This document shows, piece after piece, positions 1-9,871 of a stretch of 64,000 nt of DNA. Source of the stretch: a virus. Every line of letters begins with the position of its first letter. Position 1 is the first letter of the stretch. The DNA lies in the IMG/VR virus record IMGVR_UViG_3300045988_119557, positions 1 to 64,000 of that record. One strand, given 5' to 3'. A model generated the notes under the pieces. That model saw nothing but the letters and a program-made list of their open reading frames with translations, was not told where the DNA came from and ran no database searches. A program made the translations under genes and the position numbers.

Positions 1-1
1 G

Positions 2-67
2 GTATTCGGCGATGCGAATGTATCCGGCAATGCGCGGGTATTCGGCAATGCGTGGGTGTGCAAATAA
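2..67 (+). CDS. 3' end of a hexapeptide-repeat (beta-helix-like) protein, truncated by the window edge
   Basis: Frame 2 reads VFGDAN-VSGNAR-VFGNAW-VCK-stop (TAA 65-67). The DNA has 18-nt periodicity and looks more GC-rich than the following genes. Confidence 0.4.
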   Translation, partial: VFGDANVSGNARVFGNAWVCK

Positions 68-105
68 TAAGGTCAAGTTGTAATAACTGTATAAACAATA
101 AATCC

Positions 106-849
106 ATGAAAGCAATATATTTAAGGTGCTCAACCGATAAACAAGATTTTGCACAACAATTTGAATGTATAAGACAATATTTGAAGCGGATAAATGAATC
201 ATGTGATTTATACACTGTACAGGAAAAAATATCCGGTACAGTCAAGCACACAAAAAGAAAGTTGCATGAGTTATTAGAATCATGTGATAAAGGTTCTGTT
301 ATTTATGTCTCAGAATTATCTCGTTTGGGTAGAAGTATGTCGGATCTCTTTCAAATTGTTGGTTATGCCGGAGAAAAAGATATAACATTGATTCAATGCA
401 AAGACGGTACTGTAATAGAAAACAAATCAATAGGCGGAAAAGCCTTATTATTTGCCTTATCTTTAGCGGCTGAAATCGAGGTTGAGAACATAAGACAAAG
501 AACAAAAGCCGGGCTTGCTGCAAAAAAAGCAAGAAACGAAGCAATAGGCGGAACGGATGATCTTTGGGGGAAAAACACAGGAGCAGACAGGGAAACGTCC
601 CTAAATGAAATAAGAAACGAATCTGCGAACAAAAGGAAAGAGAATGCAAAAGCAAATGCAAATAACGCGTTCTTTTGGACTTTTATAAATCAATGGATAA
701 AAGATAAAGGAGAGCCTAAAAACTGCGAAGAATGGCAGGATATAGCGCAAAAACTCAATGCTTTGGGGCAAAAGACAGCTACAGGAATGCAGTATAATAA
801 CATTCGCGCGGCTGCAATGTATCGTAAATTAAAAAAATTAATGAAATGA
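106..849 (+). CDS. small serine recombinase (resolvase/invertase family)
   Basis: MKAIYLRCSTDKQ (catalytic Ser motif), VSELSRLGRS and ENIRQRTKAGL match the resolvase N-terminal catalytic domain. ATG 106 is preferred over the track start at 52. Confidence 0.8.
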   Translation: MKAIYLRCSTDKQDFAQQFECIRQYLKRINESCDLYTVQEKISGTVKHTKRKLHELLESCDKGSVIYVSELSRLGRSMSDLFQIVGYAGEKDITLIQCKDGTVIENKSIGGKALLFALSLAAEIEVENIRQRTKAGLAAKKARNEAIGGTDDLWGKNTGADRETSLNEIRNESANKRKENAKANANNAFFWTFINQWIKDKGEPKNCEEWQDIAQKLNALGQKTATGMQYNNIRAAAMYRKLKKLMK

Positions 850-1151
850 ACGAATTATCAAAATATACAGATAAAGAGTTGCGCCAAGAATTGTATAGGC
901 GTAATAAAAAGAATAAAATAAGTGAAAAAGACAAAGAGAAGTGCCTGAATTGTGTGCATAGAATATGCTATTCTAAAGCTATTAGACTTGAAAAAAAGCA
1001 TTTGCTTTCATTTAAATTGGATCATTTTATGTATAAAGCTATTTGCTTGAAAAGACATGGAACTGAAAGCTGGGATAAAGATTATCATTTGTCAGTAAGC
1101 AATAATACAAAAGGTTGCGATTTATTTAAAAATAAAAAGAATTATGAATAA
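846..1151 (+). CDS. hypothetical protein
   Basis: The start overlaps the recombinase stop (ATGA). It is same-strand, tightly packed and has a CLNC..C cysteine cluster. Confidence 0.5.
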   Translation: MNELSKYTDKELRQELYRRNKKNKISEKDKEKCLNCVHRICYSKAIRLEKKHLLSFKLDHFMYKAICLKRHGTESWDKDYHLSVSNNTKGCDLFKNKKNYE

Positions 1152-1359
1152 AGTAAATTTAGTGGAAAATTATTTTAGGATCAAATATCCCGAAAAAAGG
1201 TATCAAATCAAAACATATTATATCATAAAAGATATATTTGGCGTAAAAGAGAACAATCTCTATATAATAGAATTTATTGATACGCAAATGGGACATCCAA
1301 AAACACTTGAATTACAAGTAAAATCGAACGAATTAAATAAAGAAAGGAGCCAAAAATGA
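1144..1359 (+). CDS. hypothetical protein
   Basis: The ORF overlaps both neighbours by a few nt (operon packing). Confidence 0.45.
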   Translation: MNKVNLVENYFRIKYPEKRYQIKTYYIIKDIFGVKENNLYIIEFIDTQMGHPKTLELQVKSNELNKERSQK

Positions 1360-1826
1360 AATATATTACATACGCATTAATAACGGCTATCGGAATTATT
1401 ACTATTAGTCTTATAGTTACCATTGATTATTTTAACGGAGTTAACAAAGATCTAACCAGTAGAATAGAAGCATTAGAGACTCAGATAGAGGAGAGCCGAA
1501 TCTATAATATTAGATCAAATCATTTTCAAGCTAAAACAAATATTGCATTTGCGGTTAAAATAAATAGGCTTGAAAGATGTAATATTGACAATATTGATTT
1601 GAACCAACTTTATAATATTGACGCGAGTGATGTCAATGGATTTACAATGGTTAACGGAGATGTTTTGAATCCATTTAATGACGCCAATAACGCAGAGGAA
1701 GCTGCTGAACTATTCACAAAGGGAAGAATAGACTATACCAACAACTTTGCTATTGATGGTATAGTAAACAAGAATAAGGCGCTTATAGAAGTTTATAAAC
1801 CTGTTGTAGAAAACAACATAAATTAA
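1356..1826 (+). CDS. membrane-anchored hypothetical protein
   Basis: N-terminal hydrophobic helix ITYALITAIGIITISLIVTI, and an ATGA overlap with the upstream ORF. Confidence 0.55.
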   Translation: MKYITYALITAIGIITISLIVTIDYFNGVNKDLTSRIEALETQIEESRIYNIRSNHFQAKTNIAFAVKINRLERCNIDNIDLNQLYNIDASDVNGFTMVNGDVLNPFNDANNAEEAAELFTKGRIDYTNNFAIDGIVNKNKALIEVYKPVVENNIN

Positions 1827-1917
1827 AAAATAATGGGAAGTATTTTATTTGGTGCATGCGTAATTATATGGTTAGCATGTTTTAGTGGGAAAAATTTAAC
1901 GAGATAAGGAGGTTTAC

Positions 1918-2172
1918 ATGGCTAAAGTATATATAACAAAATATGCCTTATCTACAGGCATAGAAAAAGTTAATACCGAATTATGTAAATCTGCTATTGA
2001 TAATAGATATTATGTACAAATAGCTTATAATAAATATTATATCGGTATAGACGCTTTTACTATTGAATCACAAGCAATTAAAAAAGCTAAAGAAATGAGA
2101 GTTAAAAAGATCGCTTCTCTAAAAAAGCAGATCGAAAAGCTTGAAAAACTAAATTTTAAAAAGGAGGAGTAA
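1918..2172 (+). CDS. hypothetical protein
   Basis: A strong AAGGAGG lies 6 nt upstream of the ATG. The product is lysine-rich with a coiled C-terminus. Confidence 0.55.
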   Translation: MAKVYITKYALSTGIEKVNTELCKSAIDNRYYVQIAYNKYYIGIDAFTIESQAIKKAKEMRVKKIASLKKQIEKLEKLNFKKEE

Positions 2173-2528
2173 TGGTAGACTATCAAATATTATTAAAGTT
2201 GACTTCATTCAACAATGCCATTATCACAAGGGAAGAGATAAACGGAATAGAGGAAGAAGGAGTTTTTATTCCTCTTAAATATAATTCTATATTCCGTACC
2301 AGAGGCGGAGAGATAGCCGTAAATCTTTATGCTAAAGAGAAAAAACCAAATGCTTATGGTCAATCACATGTCATTTCTAACCAAATGAGTAAAAAGAAAT
2401 ATTTAGAATTGAAAGAACTTGGTTTTGAGACTGCTTTTATTGGTAATATGAAGATAGTTAGAAATGGCGGTTATAACTACCTAAAAATGCCCAACAAAGT
2501 TTCTTTGGATGAGGCATTGGAAAGATGA
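2172..2528 (+). CDS. hypothetical protein
   Basis: AAGGAGGAGTAATG start context overlapping the upstream stop. Confidence 0.55.
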   Translation: MVDYQILLKLTSFNNAIITREEINGIEEEGVFIPLKYNSIFRTRGGEIAVNLYAKEKKPNAYGQSHVISNQMSKKKYLELKELGFETAFIGNMKIVRNGGYNYLKMPNKVSLDEALER

Positions 2529-2544
2529 TAAAGAATAATTAGTT

Positions 2545-2868
2545 ATGAAAGAATGGATAAAGAATATTTGCGAGCAATTGGAATGTAGTGAGCAGCGTAA
2601 AAGGAAATTTATTCTTGAAATGTGCGATAAATATGTTGATCCAAAGTATAATAAACCTATTGGTATTACTGAAAAAAAGGAGGTTAATCAACTTTTGGGA
2701 TCTGCTATTGAAATATTTCTTTTTGTTACATGGTTGCATGAGAGGGGATATATTAAAATAACAAACAATGAATATATTGCAGTATCATCTATGATAGAGA
2801 ATCGAAAGGGCGATCTTTATGTATGTCCTGAACTTATAAACGCTTTTAGGCTTGATGTTGGACTATAA
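2545..2868 (+). CDS. hypothetical protein
   Basis: Same-strand ORF. The antisense ORF 2539..2739 is judged spurious. Confidence 0.5.
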   Translation: MKEWIKNICEQLECSEQRKRKFILEMCDKYVDPKYNKPIGITEKKEVNQLLGSAIEIFLFVTWLHERGYIKITNNEYIAVSSMIENRKGDLYVCPELINAFRLDVGL

Positions 2869-3239
2869 AAAATACTATTAATTCAAAAAAGTTAATTATG
2901 GAAGAGGAGATAATTGAGCTTAGAGCTTTAATCCATGAAATTATTGAAACTTTGGACGGTAGAGATGATTTCGTAAAAGAATGGATCGAAGAAAGATTGT
3001 CCAATATAGAAGATGAATTTAACTATCAAAATTAACAGAAATGGAAAAGAAAGAAGTATAATGTTGAAAATTACATTTGACTATGAGAACAATTATGCTA
3101 ATTTCCGCACATATAATAGCTACAAGCATACATCCTGATTACTTGGATAATATAAAGGTCACTTCTATTGTATTGGCTGTACTAATAGCAGTCGTTGGAG
3201 ATACAATAGATATGTTTAACAATAAAAAAAAGAGAAGTA

Positions 3240-3938
3240 ATGAATGAATTAATCAAAGTCCAAATTGAAACAAAAGACGGTATAAACATTGTAAGTAGCA
3301 GAGTAATTGCTAACCAACTTGGAAAGGAACATAAGCATGTTTTAGAGGGTATTAGAAGGATGGGTCTAAATCTCGACCCATGTAATTTTATTGAAAGTTC
3401 CTATTTAGATTCGTATAATAGAAGCAAGGCGGAATATCTTTTAACGAAAGACGGGTTTACTCTTTATATGTTCAACATACAAGGCTATAATGAATTTAAG
3501 AGGGCTTATATAAACCGCTTCAATGAAATGGAAAGGGCATTGAAAACTATGCAGCCAAAACTACCTCAGACTTATAAAGAGGCTTTAAAGGAACTCCTTG
3601 TACAAGTTGAGGAAAACGAACGGTTGCAGATTGAGAACAAAGACATGAAGCCTAAAGCCGAATATTTCGATGAAATAGTAGATAGAGGTGGTCTTACTAA
3701 TTTCAGAGACACAGCAAAGCTGTTAGGTGTATCGGAAAAGGCGTTTATCTTCTTTCTAATCGACAAAAAGTACATATATAGGGATCAAAAAGGAACTTTA
3801 AAACCAGTCGCCAAATATGTAGGGACTTACTTCGAGCTAAAAGAATGGGTAAGAGGAGAAAAGACCGGAACTCAAACATTAATAACGGCTAAAGGGAAAG
3901 AGCAGTTCTTAGAGCTAATCAATAGCATTAAACTATAA
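3240..3938 (+). CDS. phage antirepressor (Rha-like N-terminus + KilAC/ANT-like C-terminus)
   Basis: VSSRVIANQLGKEHKHVLEGIRR (Rha-like) and NFRDTAKLLGV...KPVAKYVGTYFELKEW (KilAC-like). The C-terminal half is a close paralogue of 24405..25154. Confidence 0.75.
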   Translation: MNELIKVQIETKDGINIVSSRVIANQLGKEHKHVLEGIRRMGLNLDPCNFIESSYLDSYNRSKAEYLLTKDGFTLYMFNIQGYNEFKRAYINRFNEMERALKTMQPKLPQTYKEALKELLVQVEENERLQIENKDMKPKAEYFDEIVDRGGLTNFRDTAKLLGVSEKAFIFFLIDKKYIYRDQKGTLKPVAKYVGTYFELKEWVRGEKTGTQTLITAKGKEQFLELINSIKL

Positions 3939-3942
3939 TCTT

Positions 3943-4716
3943 ATGAAAAACATATTTTTCGGTAAGGACATCAGTTTATACAACTATGATTGTTTGGAAG
4001 TAATGCCTCTCCTACAAAGTTCAAGTATTGATTTAATTCTATGCGATCCTCCTTTTGGTACAACAGCTTCTCAGTGGGACAAAATTATTTCTTTTGATGA
4101 AATGTGGAAGGAGGTTAAAAGAATAAGGAAAGAAAATGCGCCTACGGCTTTATTTGGCAGCGAACCATTTAGCAGCCTTCTTCGTTGTAGCAATTTAAAT
4201 GAATTTAAATATGATTGGGTCTGGGAGAAATCGAAAGCAAGCAACTTTCTGCTCGCTAAAAAACAACCCTTGAAAGCACACGAATTAATCAGTGTTTTTG
4301 GTAAAGGTAAAATCCCTTATTATCCAATTATGGAGGAAGGTGAACCTTATGGAAATCGCACTAAAAGAGGAAGCAATTGGACGGGAGTTAACAATGTGCC
4401 AAATCCTACTTTTAGAAACGAAAACAAAGGGACAAGGTATCCACGAAGTGTAAAATACTTCAAAACAGCAGAATCAGAGGGAAAAACAATTCATGTTAAT
4501 CAAAAACCCATCGCGCTGTTAATGTATCTTATACAAACATATACGAAAGAGGGAGACACAGTTCTTGATTTTGCTGCTGGAAGTATGAGTACGGCTATTG
4601 CTTGTCTTTATACAAATAGGAAATGTATCTGCATAGAAAAAGACGAAAATTACTTCTTACTTGGAGCAGACAGAGTTGAAAAAGAATATCAAAGTGTAAC
4701 AGGAATAAATTTTTGA
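3943..4716 (+). CDS. DNA N6-adenine/N4-cytosine methyltransferase (beta-class)
   Basis: Catalytic DPPF (ILCDPPFG) near the N-terminus and an AdoMet loop VLDFAAGSMST near the C-terminus. Confidence 0.85.
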   Translation: MKNIFFGKDISLYNYDCLEVMPLLQSSSIDLILCDPPFGTTASQWDKIISFDEMWKEVKRIRKENAPTALFGSEPFSSLLRCSNLNEFKYDWVWEKSKASNFLLAKKQPLKAHELISVFGKGKIPYYPIMEEGEPYGNRTKRGSNWTGVNNVPNPTFRNENKGTRYPRSVKYFKTAESEGKTIHVNQKPIALLMYLIQTYTKEGDTVLDFAAGSMSTAIACLYTNRKCICIEKDENYFLLGADRVEKEYQSVTGINF

Positions 4717-4740
4717 ATATTAAACGAAAAATATAAGATT

Positions 4741-5157
4741 ATGAAACAGGCAGTAGAAAAAGCAGCAAATGACTATCTCAACAGAATATTAGAGTTAACT
4801 GATTTTGAGATAAATTTTGAAGAAGATAATTACGATTCTGGTGCTCGTGATGCAATATTGGATGTTACCGAGAGGGCTTTTGTTTCTGGTGCCGAATGGC
4901 AGGCAAAGCAATCACCTTGGATAAGTGTGAAAGAGAAAGCTGGTTGTGATTCATCGAATGATTGTATTGTAATGAATACTGATGGTGAGGTATTCAGGGC
5001 ATATTTTTCACATAAAAATAAATGGCTGAAATATGGTTATGGGCGGTATGACGAAGTGATAGAAGATGTCACTCACTGGATGCCTATTCCTTCTTTCGAT
5101 GAAATACTGGAAGCAAACAGAGGTGTACTAAAACGAATTAAAGAGAAAGGAGACTAA
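4741..5157 (+). CDS. DUF551-like phage protein
   Basis: C-terminal WISVKEK...VTHWMPIP pattern typical of DUF551. The N-terminal GAEWQAKQ motif is shared with 17144..17371. Confidence 0.55.
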   Translation: MKQAVEKAANDYLNRILELTDFEINFEEDNYDSGARDAILDVTERAFVSGAEWQAKQSPWISVKEKAGCDSSNDCIVMNTDGEVFRAYFSHKNKWLKYGYGRYDEVIEDVTHWMPIPSFDEILEANRGVLKRIKEKGD

Positions 5158-5158
5158 T

Positions 5159-5380
5159 ATGGATAAAATCAAATGCATAACCTTCGACAAAGCAGCACAA
5201 GACGCTTTGCCAGAACACATCAAAGCTAAGATGAAGGCTGACAGAGAAAAAGCTAAACGAGAGGCATACAAGAAGCTATGTTATAACTTCGAGTATAAAT
5301 TTGACTCCAATATTGCCCATTGTGCAAAGAAGGGAATATGTGATGAAAAATGTGAATATATGAGAACTTTTAAAGGATAG
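5159..5380 (+). CDS. hypothetical protein
   Basis: Tightly packed same-strand ORF, Cys-rich at the C-terminus. Confidence 0.5.
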   Translation: MDKIKCITFDKAAQDALPEHIKAKMKADREKAKREAYKKLCYNFEYKFDSNIAHCAKKGICDEKCEYMRTFKG

Positions 5381-5384
5381 AGTA

Positions 5385-5762
5385 ATGAAAGGAAAAAATA
5401 ATATCGAAATTGAGCTTTCAAAAACAGAAACGCTTGACATAGGTGCAGAAGTTGAGATTTTAGATAGTTTGAACGGATATGATAGTGTCGTATACAGATG
5501 TAAACTCCCCAAAGGGAAACAAGTTATGATTAATTCTAATAAAGTTGATATTACGGATTATAGCCCTTATATTAATTGGGAACAGAGACGTTATGAAATA
5601 GCAAAGGAAACAGTTACTGCAATAATGTCAAATGAAGATTTCTATCATCAGGTTTTATGTGAGGGAGCAGAGCATGGTCAAAGACAAATTCAAACTAATA
5701 TTGCACGTGCCGCAGTTATATTTGCTGATGCTCTTATTAAAGAATTAAAGAAAGGAGAATGA
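5385..5762 (+). CDS. hypothetical protein
   Basis: Same-strand ORF. The antisense ORF 5276..5512 is judged spurious. Confidence 0.5.
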   Translation: MKGKNNIEIELSKTETLDIGAEVEILDSLNGYDSVVYRCKLPKGKQVMINSNKVDITDYSPYINWEQRRYEIAKETVTAIMSNEDFYHQVLCEGAEHGQRQIQTNIARAAVIFADALIKELKKGE

Positions 5763-5766
5763 CTAA

Positions 5767-6072
5767 ATGGATATAGTACCTATTCTAACAAAAGATAATC
5801 TTTCTAAGGAACAGATAGAATATCTGCAAAAGCAGCAAACAGAATATAAATTAGTAAATAAGATTAAGAGGAATCCAGGGCATATCTTATTCTCTTTTAA
5901 TCTAAAAACAGGGGAAATCAAGAGAGCTGCTATTATACACAAGGCTGCTATTGGCTTGAATGGGCTTCCTGTAACTAAAACTGAAACGGTTATAGAACCT
6001 GATTGCTATTACGACCAAGCCTTGAATGAAAAGAATTTTAGAAAGAAATTGAAGAGATTTGGTATTAAGTGA
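5767..6072 (+). CDS. hypothetical protein
   Basis: Same-strand ORF, 4 nt after the previous stop. Confidence 0.5.
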   Translation: MDIVPILTKDNLSKEQIEYLQKQQTEYKLVNKIKRNPGHILFSFNLKTGEIKRAAIIHKAAIGLNGLPVTKTETVIEPDCYYDQALNEKNFRKKLKRFGIK

Positions 6073-6268
6073 AACGTATGAAGAAAAGGATAAGAAATAA
6101 AATGCTGAATAATCCCGGAAGGTATAAACTACATCAATATTTAAAGTATGCCCATCAATGGGTTATTTCACTTGTGTATAAAGGACGTTATTATACAATT
6201 TTAGATAATGGGAAAGTAGTAAAATTTGAATAGTAACGATTTAAGACGCGTTAAAATCCAATAATATA

Positions 6269-6913
6269 ATGAAAAAGATAATGTTTAATGATGAATACGG
6301 CTTAACCCGAGCCGTACTGAATGGCAGAAAAAGCCAGACGAGGAGAATTTCAAAAGAACAGATGCAGATACGCCGTAGTGTCTTTTATAAAAGCGGACTC
6401 GAGAGTATTCATGGATATGAAGTAAAGCCCCCTTACGATGTTGGCGAAGTTGTCGCTATTGCACAAAACTATAAATCAATCAATGAATTTTATGAAATAG
6501 CTTATAAAAGACATCACTCAGCGGATGGTCAACTTGCGACAGAGTATAATATCCCGTTTAAAGAAATAATTAAATGGTTCGAATTAAGAGAGAGTTTAAA
6601 AAACACTGCTGGATGGGATAATAAGATGTTTGTGAAAGCTAACTTAATGCTACATCATATCAAAATAACCAAAATAAGGTTTGAACGCTTACAAGATATT
6701 AGCGATAAAGATTGTTTGGAAGAGGGTGTCGTACAAAGATTTGATGCGGATGGGACACCGAGATACTATGTTTCTTGGTGTAAACATACATGGGCATATA
6801 TTACTGACAGCGCAAAAGACGCATATCATTTCCTTATAGACAAAGTATCCAGTAAAGGTATATGGGAGTCTAATCCCTACGTATGGGTATATGATTTTCA
6901 TTTAATTGATTAA
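6269..6913 (+). CDS. ASCH-like domain protein (tentative)
   Basis: The N-terminal FNDEYGLTRAVLNGRKSQTRR resembles the ASCH-type beta-barrel signature (GrKtqTRR). Confidence 0.4.
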   Translation: MKKIMFNDEYGLTRAVLNGRKSQTRRISKEQMQIRRSVFYKSGLESIHGYEVKPPYDVGEVVAIAQNYKSINEFYEIAYKRHHSADGQLATEYNIPFKEIIKWFELRESLKNTAGWDNKMFVKANLMLHHIKITKIRFERLQDISDKDCLEEGVVQRFDADGTPRYYVSWCKHTWAYITDSAKDAYHFLIDKVSSKGIWESNPYVWVYDFHLID

Positions 6914-6930
6914 TATTTAATAACAATAAC

Positions 6931-8877
6931 ATGAAAGAGATTAAATTAAAAAAGTTAATTCTCCAAAATTGGAGAGGAAGAAATCTTGTTATTTCATTTA
7001 AATTAGATGGAGTAACCAACATTATGGGACGTAATAAAAGTGGTAAAAGCTCTTTGAAAGATGCTTTTTTGTGGTTAATGACAGGATTTGATTCAAGCAA
7101 TCGCGCAAATTACAATCTTTTTGACAACAACCATAATTATACAGCAGAAGATTCTCCTGTTGCATCTGTTGAAGCTCTTATTGCCATTGACGGGAATGAA
7201 TTTTATTTTAAAAAAGAAGCAAAAAAGGGATGGATAAGAAGAAGAGGAAATAAAGAATATGAATTAAAAGGATCTGATGATTACGTCTGCTATTTTGATG
7301 GAATCGAAGTATCAGCCGGAGAATACAAGAAGCGAGTTTCCGAATTATTGTGCGAGATAGAGCCATTAAAGGTTATGTTGAATACCGAATATTTCCTTAG
7401 TTTAGAATGGAAACAACAACGCGAAATGCTTTCTTTATTAGCCGGAGACATCCAGGAAAGTGACTTCAAATCCAATTACAGCGATTTATTTCTTCTTTTG
7501 AAAAAATACTCGATTGATGAATTGAAAGCGCAAGTCAAGACAAAGATAAGTCCGATGAAGCAGCAATTAAGTTCTTTCCCTTTAACAATACAGACACTTG
7601 AACAACATTTGCCTGATATATCTAATGTTTGCGAATTAGAAAAAGAAATAGGGGAATTGAAAAGCAAAATCGCAGAGATAGATAATGCAATATTATCAGC
7701 TTCAAAAATGGCCGAGCCTTATATTGAGATGAGGAACAAACAATTGCAAGAATTATCTAATATCAATTCGGAGATTAGAAATAAGAAAAATGACTTTGAA
7801 TATAATCAGAATGAAAAGCCGAACAAAATCAGGAGACAGATACAGGAAGCCAAAAAAGAAAACGAATATATTCAAAGACAATGGGATAAAACGCAAGAAG
7901 AAAGAAAGTCTAATGAAACTAAATTAGCTCGGTTAAAAGCAAAGGTAGAAGAACACGATGAATATCGCAAAAAGCTATTAATTGAAAAAGACGAGTTGTT
8001 AAAAAGGGAATTTAACAGCGAAAAATGCTCTTTCTGCGGACAAGATCTTCCTGAATCAATGCTTGAAGCAAATAAAAAAGATTTTTATGAAAAAAGAGAA
8101 AATGCAGTAAATGATATTATTAAAAAGGGAAAAGAAAACAATGAAAGGAAACAAGAAAAACTTGAAGAAATAGAACGCATAGAAGCTCTATTAGCTGAGG
8201 ATATTGAAAGTCCGATGTATATTGACATAGAGGATCTGAAAAAGGAACTGCAAGAAGCAGAGCAAGAGACTTTGAATTTTGAAGATTCTGATGAATATAA
8301 AAAGCTAAAAGATAAAGCTGATGCAATTCAAAATGGGTTAACAGAAGTCCCAGTAGTAGATAATACTAATCTGCTAAATATGAAAGAATCATTGACTCTG
8401 CAAATTGAAGAGAAAAGCCGCGCAATGGGACTTGTCGATGAAAGAGAAAGACAATTAAAAACAATTGCTTCTTTAAAAAGAGAAATGCGCGAAGTTGCCG
8501 ATAGCTTGGCCGTGCAAGAGCAAATAGAGGCAAATATTAAATCCTATGAAGAAGAGCGCGCCCAAATTGTTTCTAACAAAGTAAATAAATATTTTAGTAG
8601 ATGCAATATTTCTATGATGCAACAGGACAAGTCTGGGCAATGGATACCGAGCTGCACAATAACTGTATCTGATGGCAGTTTGGTGAGCACCTGCAATGGA
8701 GCTGAAAATATTTTAGTAGGACTTGATATTTCGAATGCTTTTGCTTCGTATTATGACATTAGCTTGCCTGTATTTGTAGATGATGTAAATCTTATAAATA
8801 GCGATGTAAATATCGAAACAAACCATCAACTTATTAAATTGGTAGTTAGCGAAGACGAAAACATTATTGTTCGTTAA
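6931..8877 (+). CDS. Rad50/SbcC-like SMC-type ATPase
   Basis: Walker A GRNKSGKSS at the N-terminus and a long E/K-rich coiled coil. A CxxC (CSFCGQ, nt 8026-8037) sits mid-coil like a zinc hook, with Walker B PVFVDDV at the C-terminus. Confidence 0.75.
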   Translation: MKEIKLKKLILQNWRGRNLVISFKLDGVTNIMGRNKSGKSSLKDAFLWLMTGFDSSNRANYNLFDNNHNYTAEDSPVASVEALIAIDGNEFYFKKEAKKGWIRRRGNKEYELKGSDDYVCYFDGIEVSAGEYKKRVSELLCEIEPLKVMLNTEYFLSLEWKQQREMLSLLAGDIQESDFKSNYSDLFLLLKKYSIDELKAQVKTKISPMKQQLSSFPLTIQTLEQHLPDISNVCELEKEIGELKSKIAEIDNAILSASKMAEPYIEMRNKQLQELSNINSEIRNKKNDFEYNQNEKPNKIRRQIQEAKKENEYIQRQWDKTQEERKSNETKLARLKAKVEEHDEYRKKLLIEKDELLKREFNSEKCSFCGQDLPESMLEANKKDFYEKRENAVNDIIKKGKENNERKQEKLEEIERIEALLAEDIESPMYIDIEDLKKELQEAEQETLNFEDSDEYKKLKDKADAIQNGLTEVPVVDNTNLLNMKESLTLQIEEKSRAMGLVDERERQLKTIASLKREMREVADSLAVQEQIEANIKSYEEERAQIVSNKVNKYFSRCNISMMQQDKSGQWIPSCTITVSDGSLVSTCNGAENILVGLDISNAFASYYDISLPVFVDDVNLINSDVNIETNHQLIKLVVSEDENIIVR

Positions 8878-8935
8878 AAACTTGCCTATTAGAGAAAAAA
8901 GTAGTATTTTTATAAACTAAAAAACAAATAAAGTT

Positions 8936-9385
8936 ATGCAAAATTGGTATGAAGGCGTAATACGCTATGAAAAAGTAACAGAAGAAGGTAAAGTAAAGAA
9001 AGTAAATGAATTATATTTAGTTGATGCACTTTCTGCTACAGAATGCGAAGCACGTCTAATCGAAGAAATGACTCCGTTTATTACAGGAGAATTTGCTGTA
9101 AAGTCAGTGAAAGAATCGAATTACTCTGAATTATTTCTAAGTGAAGAAGAAGCTGCTGACCGTTATTTTAAATGCAAATTGATTTTTATCACATTGGACG
9201 AAAAAAGTGGGAAGGAATCTAAAACATCTACTCTGATTTTGGTACAAGCTGCCGATTTACGAGATGCTGTAAAAAAACTGGATGAAGGCATGAAAGGTGT
9301 AATGGCTGATTATCAGATCGGTTCTGTTGCTGAAACAGCAATTATGGACGTATATTTATATAACAATAACAATAATAATCAATAA
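8936..9385 (+). CDS. DUF4494-like protein
   Basis: WYEGVIRYEKVTEEGKVKKVNELYLVDALSATECEARLIEE matches my recollection of the DUF4494 N-terminus. It ends in a poly-Asn run. Confidence 0.5.
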   Translation: MQNWYEGVIRYEKVTEEGKVKKVNELYLVDALSATECEARLIEEMTPFITGEFAVKSVKESNYSELFLSEEEAADRYFKCKLIFITLDEKSGKESKTSTLILVQAADLRDAVKKLDEGMKGVMADYQIGSVAETAIMDVYLYNNNNNNQ

Positions 9386-9386
9386 A

Positions 9387-9734
9387 ATGGCAAAGAAAGT
9401 AACAGACATAGATAGCGCTACCGATATTTTTTTATCATGCAGTATTTGCTTATCGGATATTCCTAAAGATGTCATATATACATCTAAGGGTGGAAAAAAA
9501 TACGTTCGGTTTTCAATAAGCAAACTAAAGGAGCTTGGTAAATTTGGAGACACCCATTATCTTAAATATTCGGCTTCACAAGAAGACAAAGCTCGCGGGC
9601 AATATGACATCTTTATTGGAGGAGGAACAGAATATCAAAGAGTAGAAGGGGCGGATGCAGAAGTAGGGTCTAATAAGAAACAAAATAAACCAAATGTTCA
9701 AACGACCGAACCAGCAGATGATTTGCCTTGGTAA
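9387..9734 (+). CDS. putative ssDNA-binding protein with acidic C-terminal tip
   Basis: The C-terminus EPADDLPW resembles the SSB tip (DDDIPF), and the gene sits in the recombination module. ATG 9387 is preferred over the track start 9327, which overlaps the upstream gene. Confidence 0.4.
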   Translation: MAKKVTDIDSATDIFLSCSICLSDIPKDVIYTSKGGKKYVRFSISKLKELGKFGDTHYLKYSASQEDKARGQYDIFIGGGTEYQRVEGADAEVGSNKKQNKPNVQTTEPADDLPW

Positions 9735-9759
9735 CATTGCATAATAATTAGAAATTTCT

Positions 9760-9767
9760 TATATTTG
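9760..9767 (+). promoter_or_regulatory. Bacteroidota-type -7 promoter box (TAtaTTTG)
   Basis: Exact TAnnTTTG match in the 137-nt gap upstream of the HNH gene. Confidence 0.5.
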
Positions 9768-9772
9768 CAACC

Positions 9773-9833
9773 GAAAGGGATAGTTGAGGGTCATGGCTCA
9801 ATGATAAGGCTAAGCTAACAGGCTTTCCCTTTC
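9773..9833 (+). ncRNA. stem-closed structured element (leader or terminator-like)
   Basis: GAAAGGGA (9773-9780) pairs perfectly with TCCCTTTC (9826-9833), and there is an inner TTGAG/CTCAA stem. It begins where the promoter above would start transcription. Confidence 0.3.
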
Positions 9834-9871
9834 TCCTTCAATCGTTAGCGTAATTAAATTGTTAGTAGTTT

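Noticed and set aside
52-105. N-terminal extensions in the ORF track (recombinase from 52, antirepressor from 19304, 9327, 23802, 43580).
   Set aside because: The extensions overlap upstream genes or regulatory hairpins and lack conserved sequence. Internal ATGs give canonical family N-termini.
9358-9382. AAT/AAC-rich run (poly-Asn, NNNNNN) at the end of the DUF4494-like gene as a possible repeat switch.
   Set aside because: It is an imperfect trinucleotide run, so length changes would stay in frame and only alter a C-terminal tail.
9773-9833. Possible tRNA in the 137-nt gap.
   Set aside because: It is only 61 nt, with no T-loop (GTTCRA) or D-loop signatures, and its 8-bp closing stem does not fit a cloverleaf.
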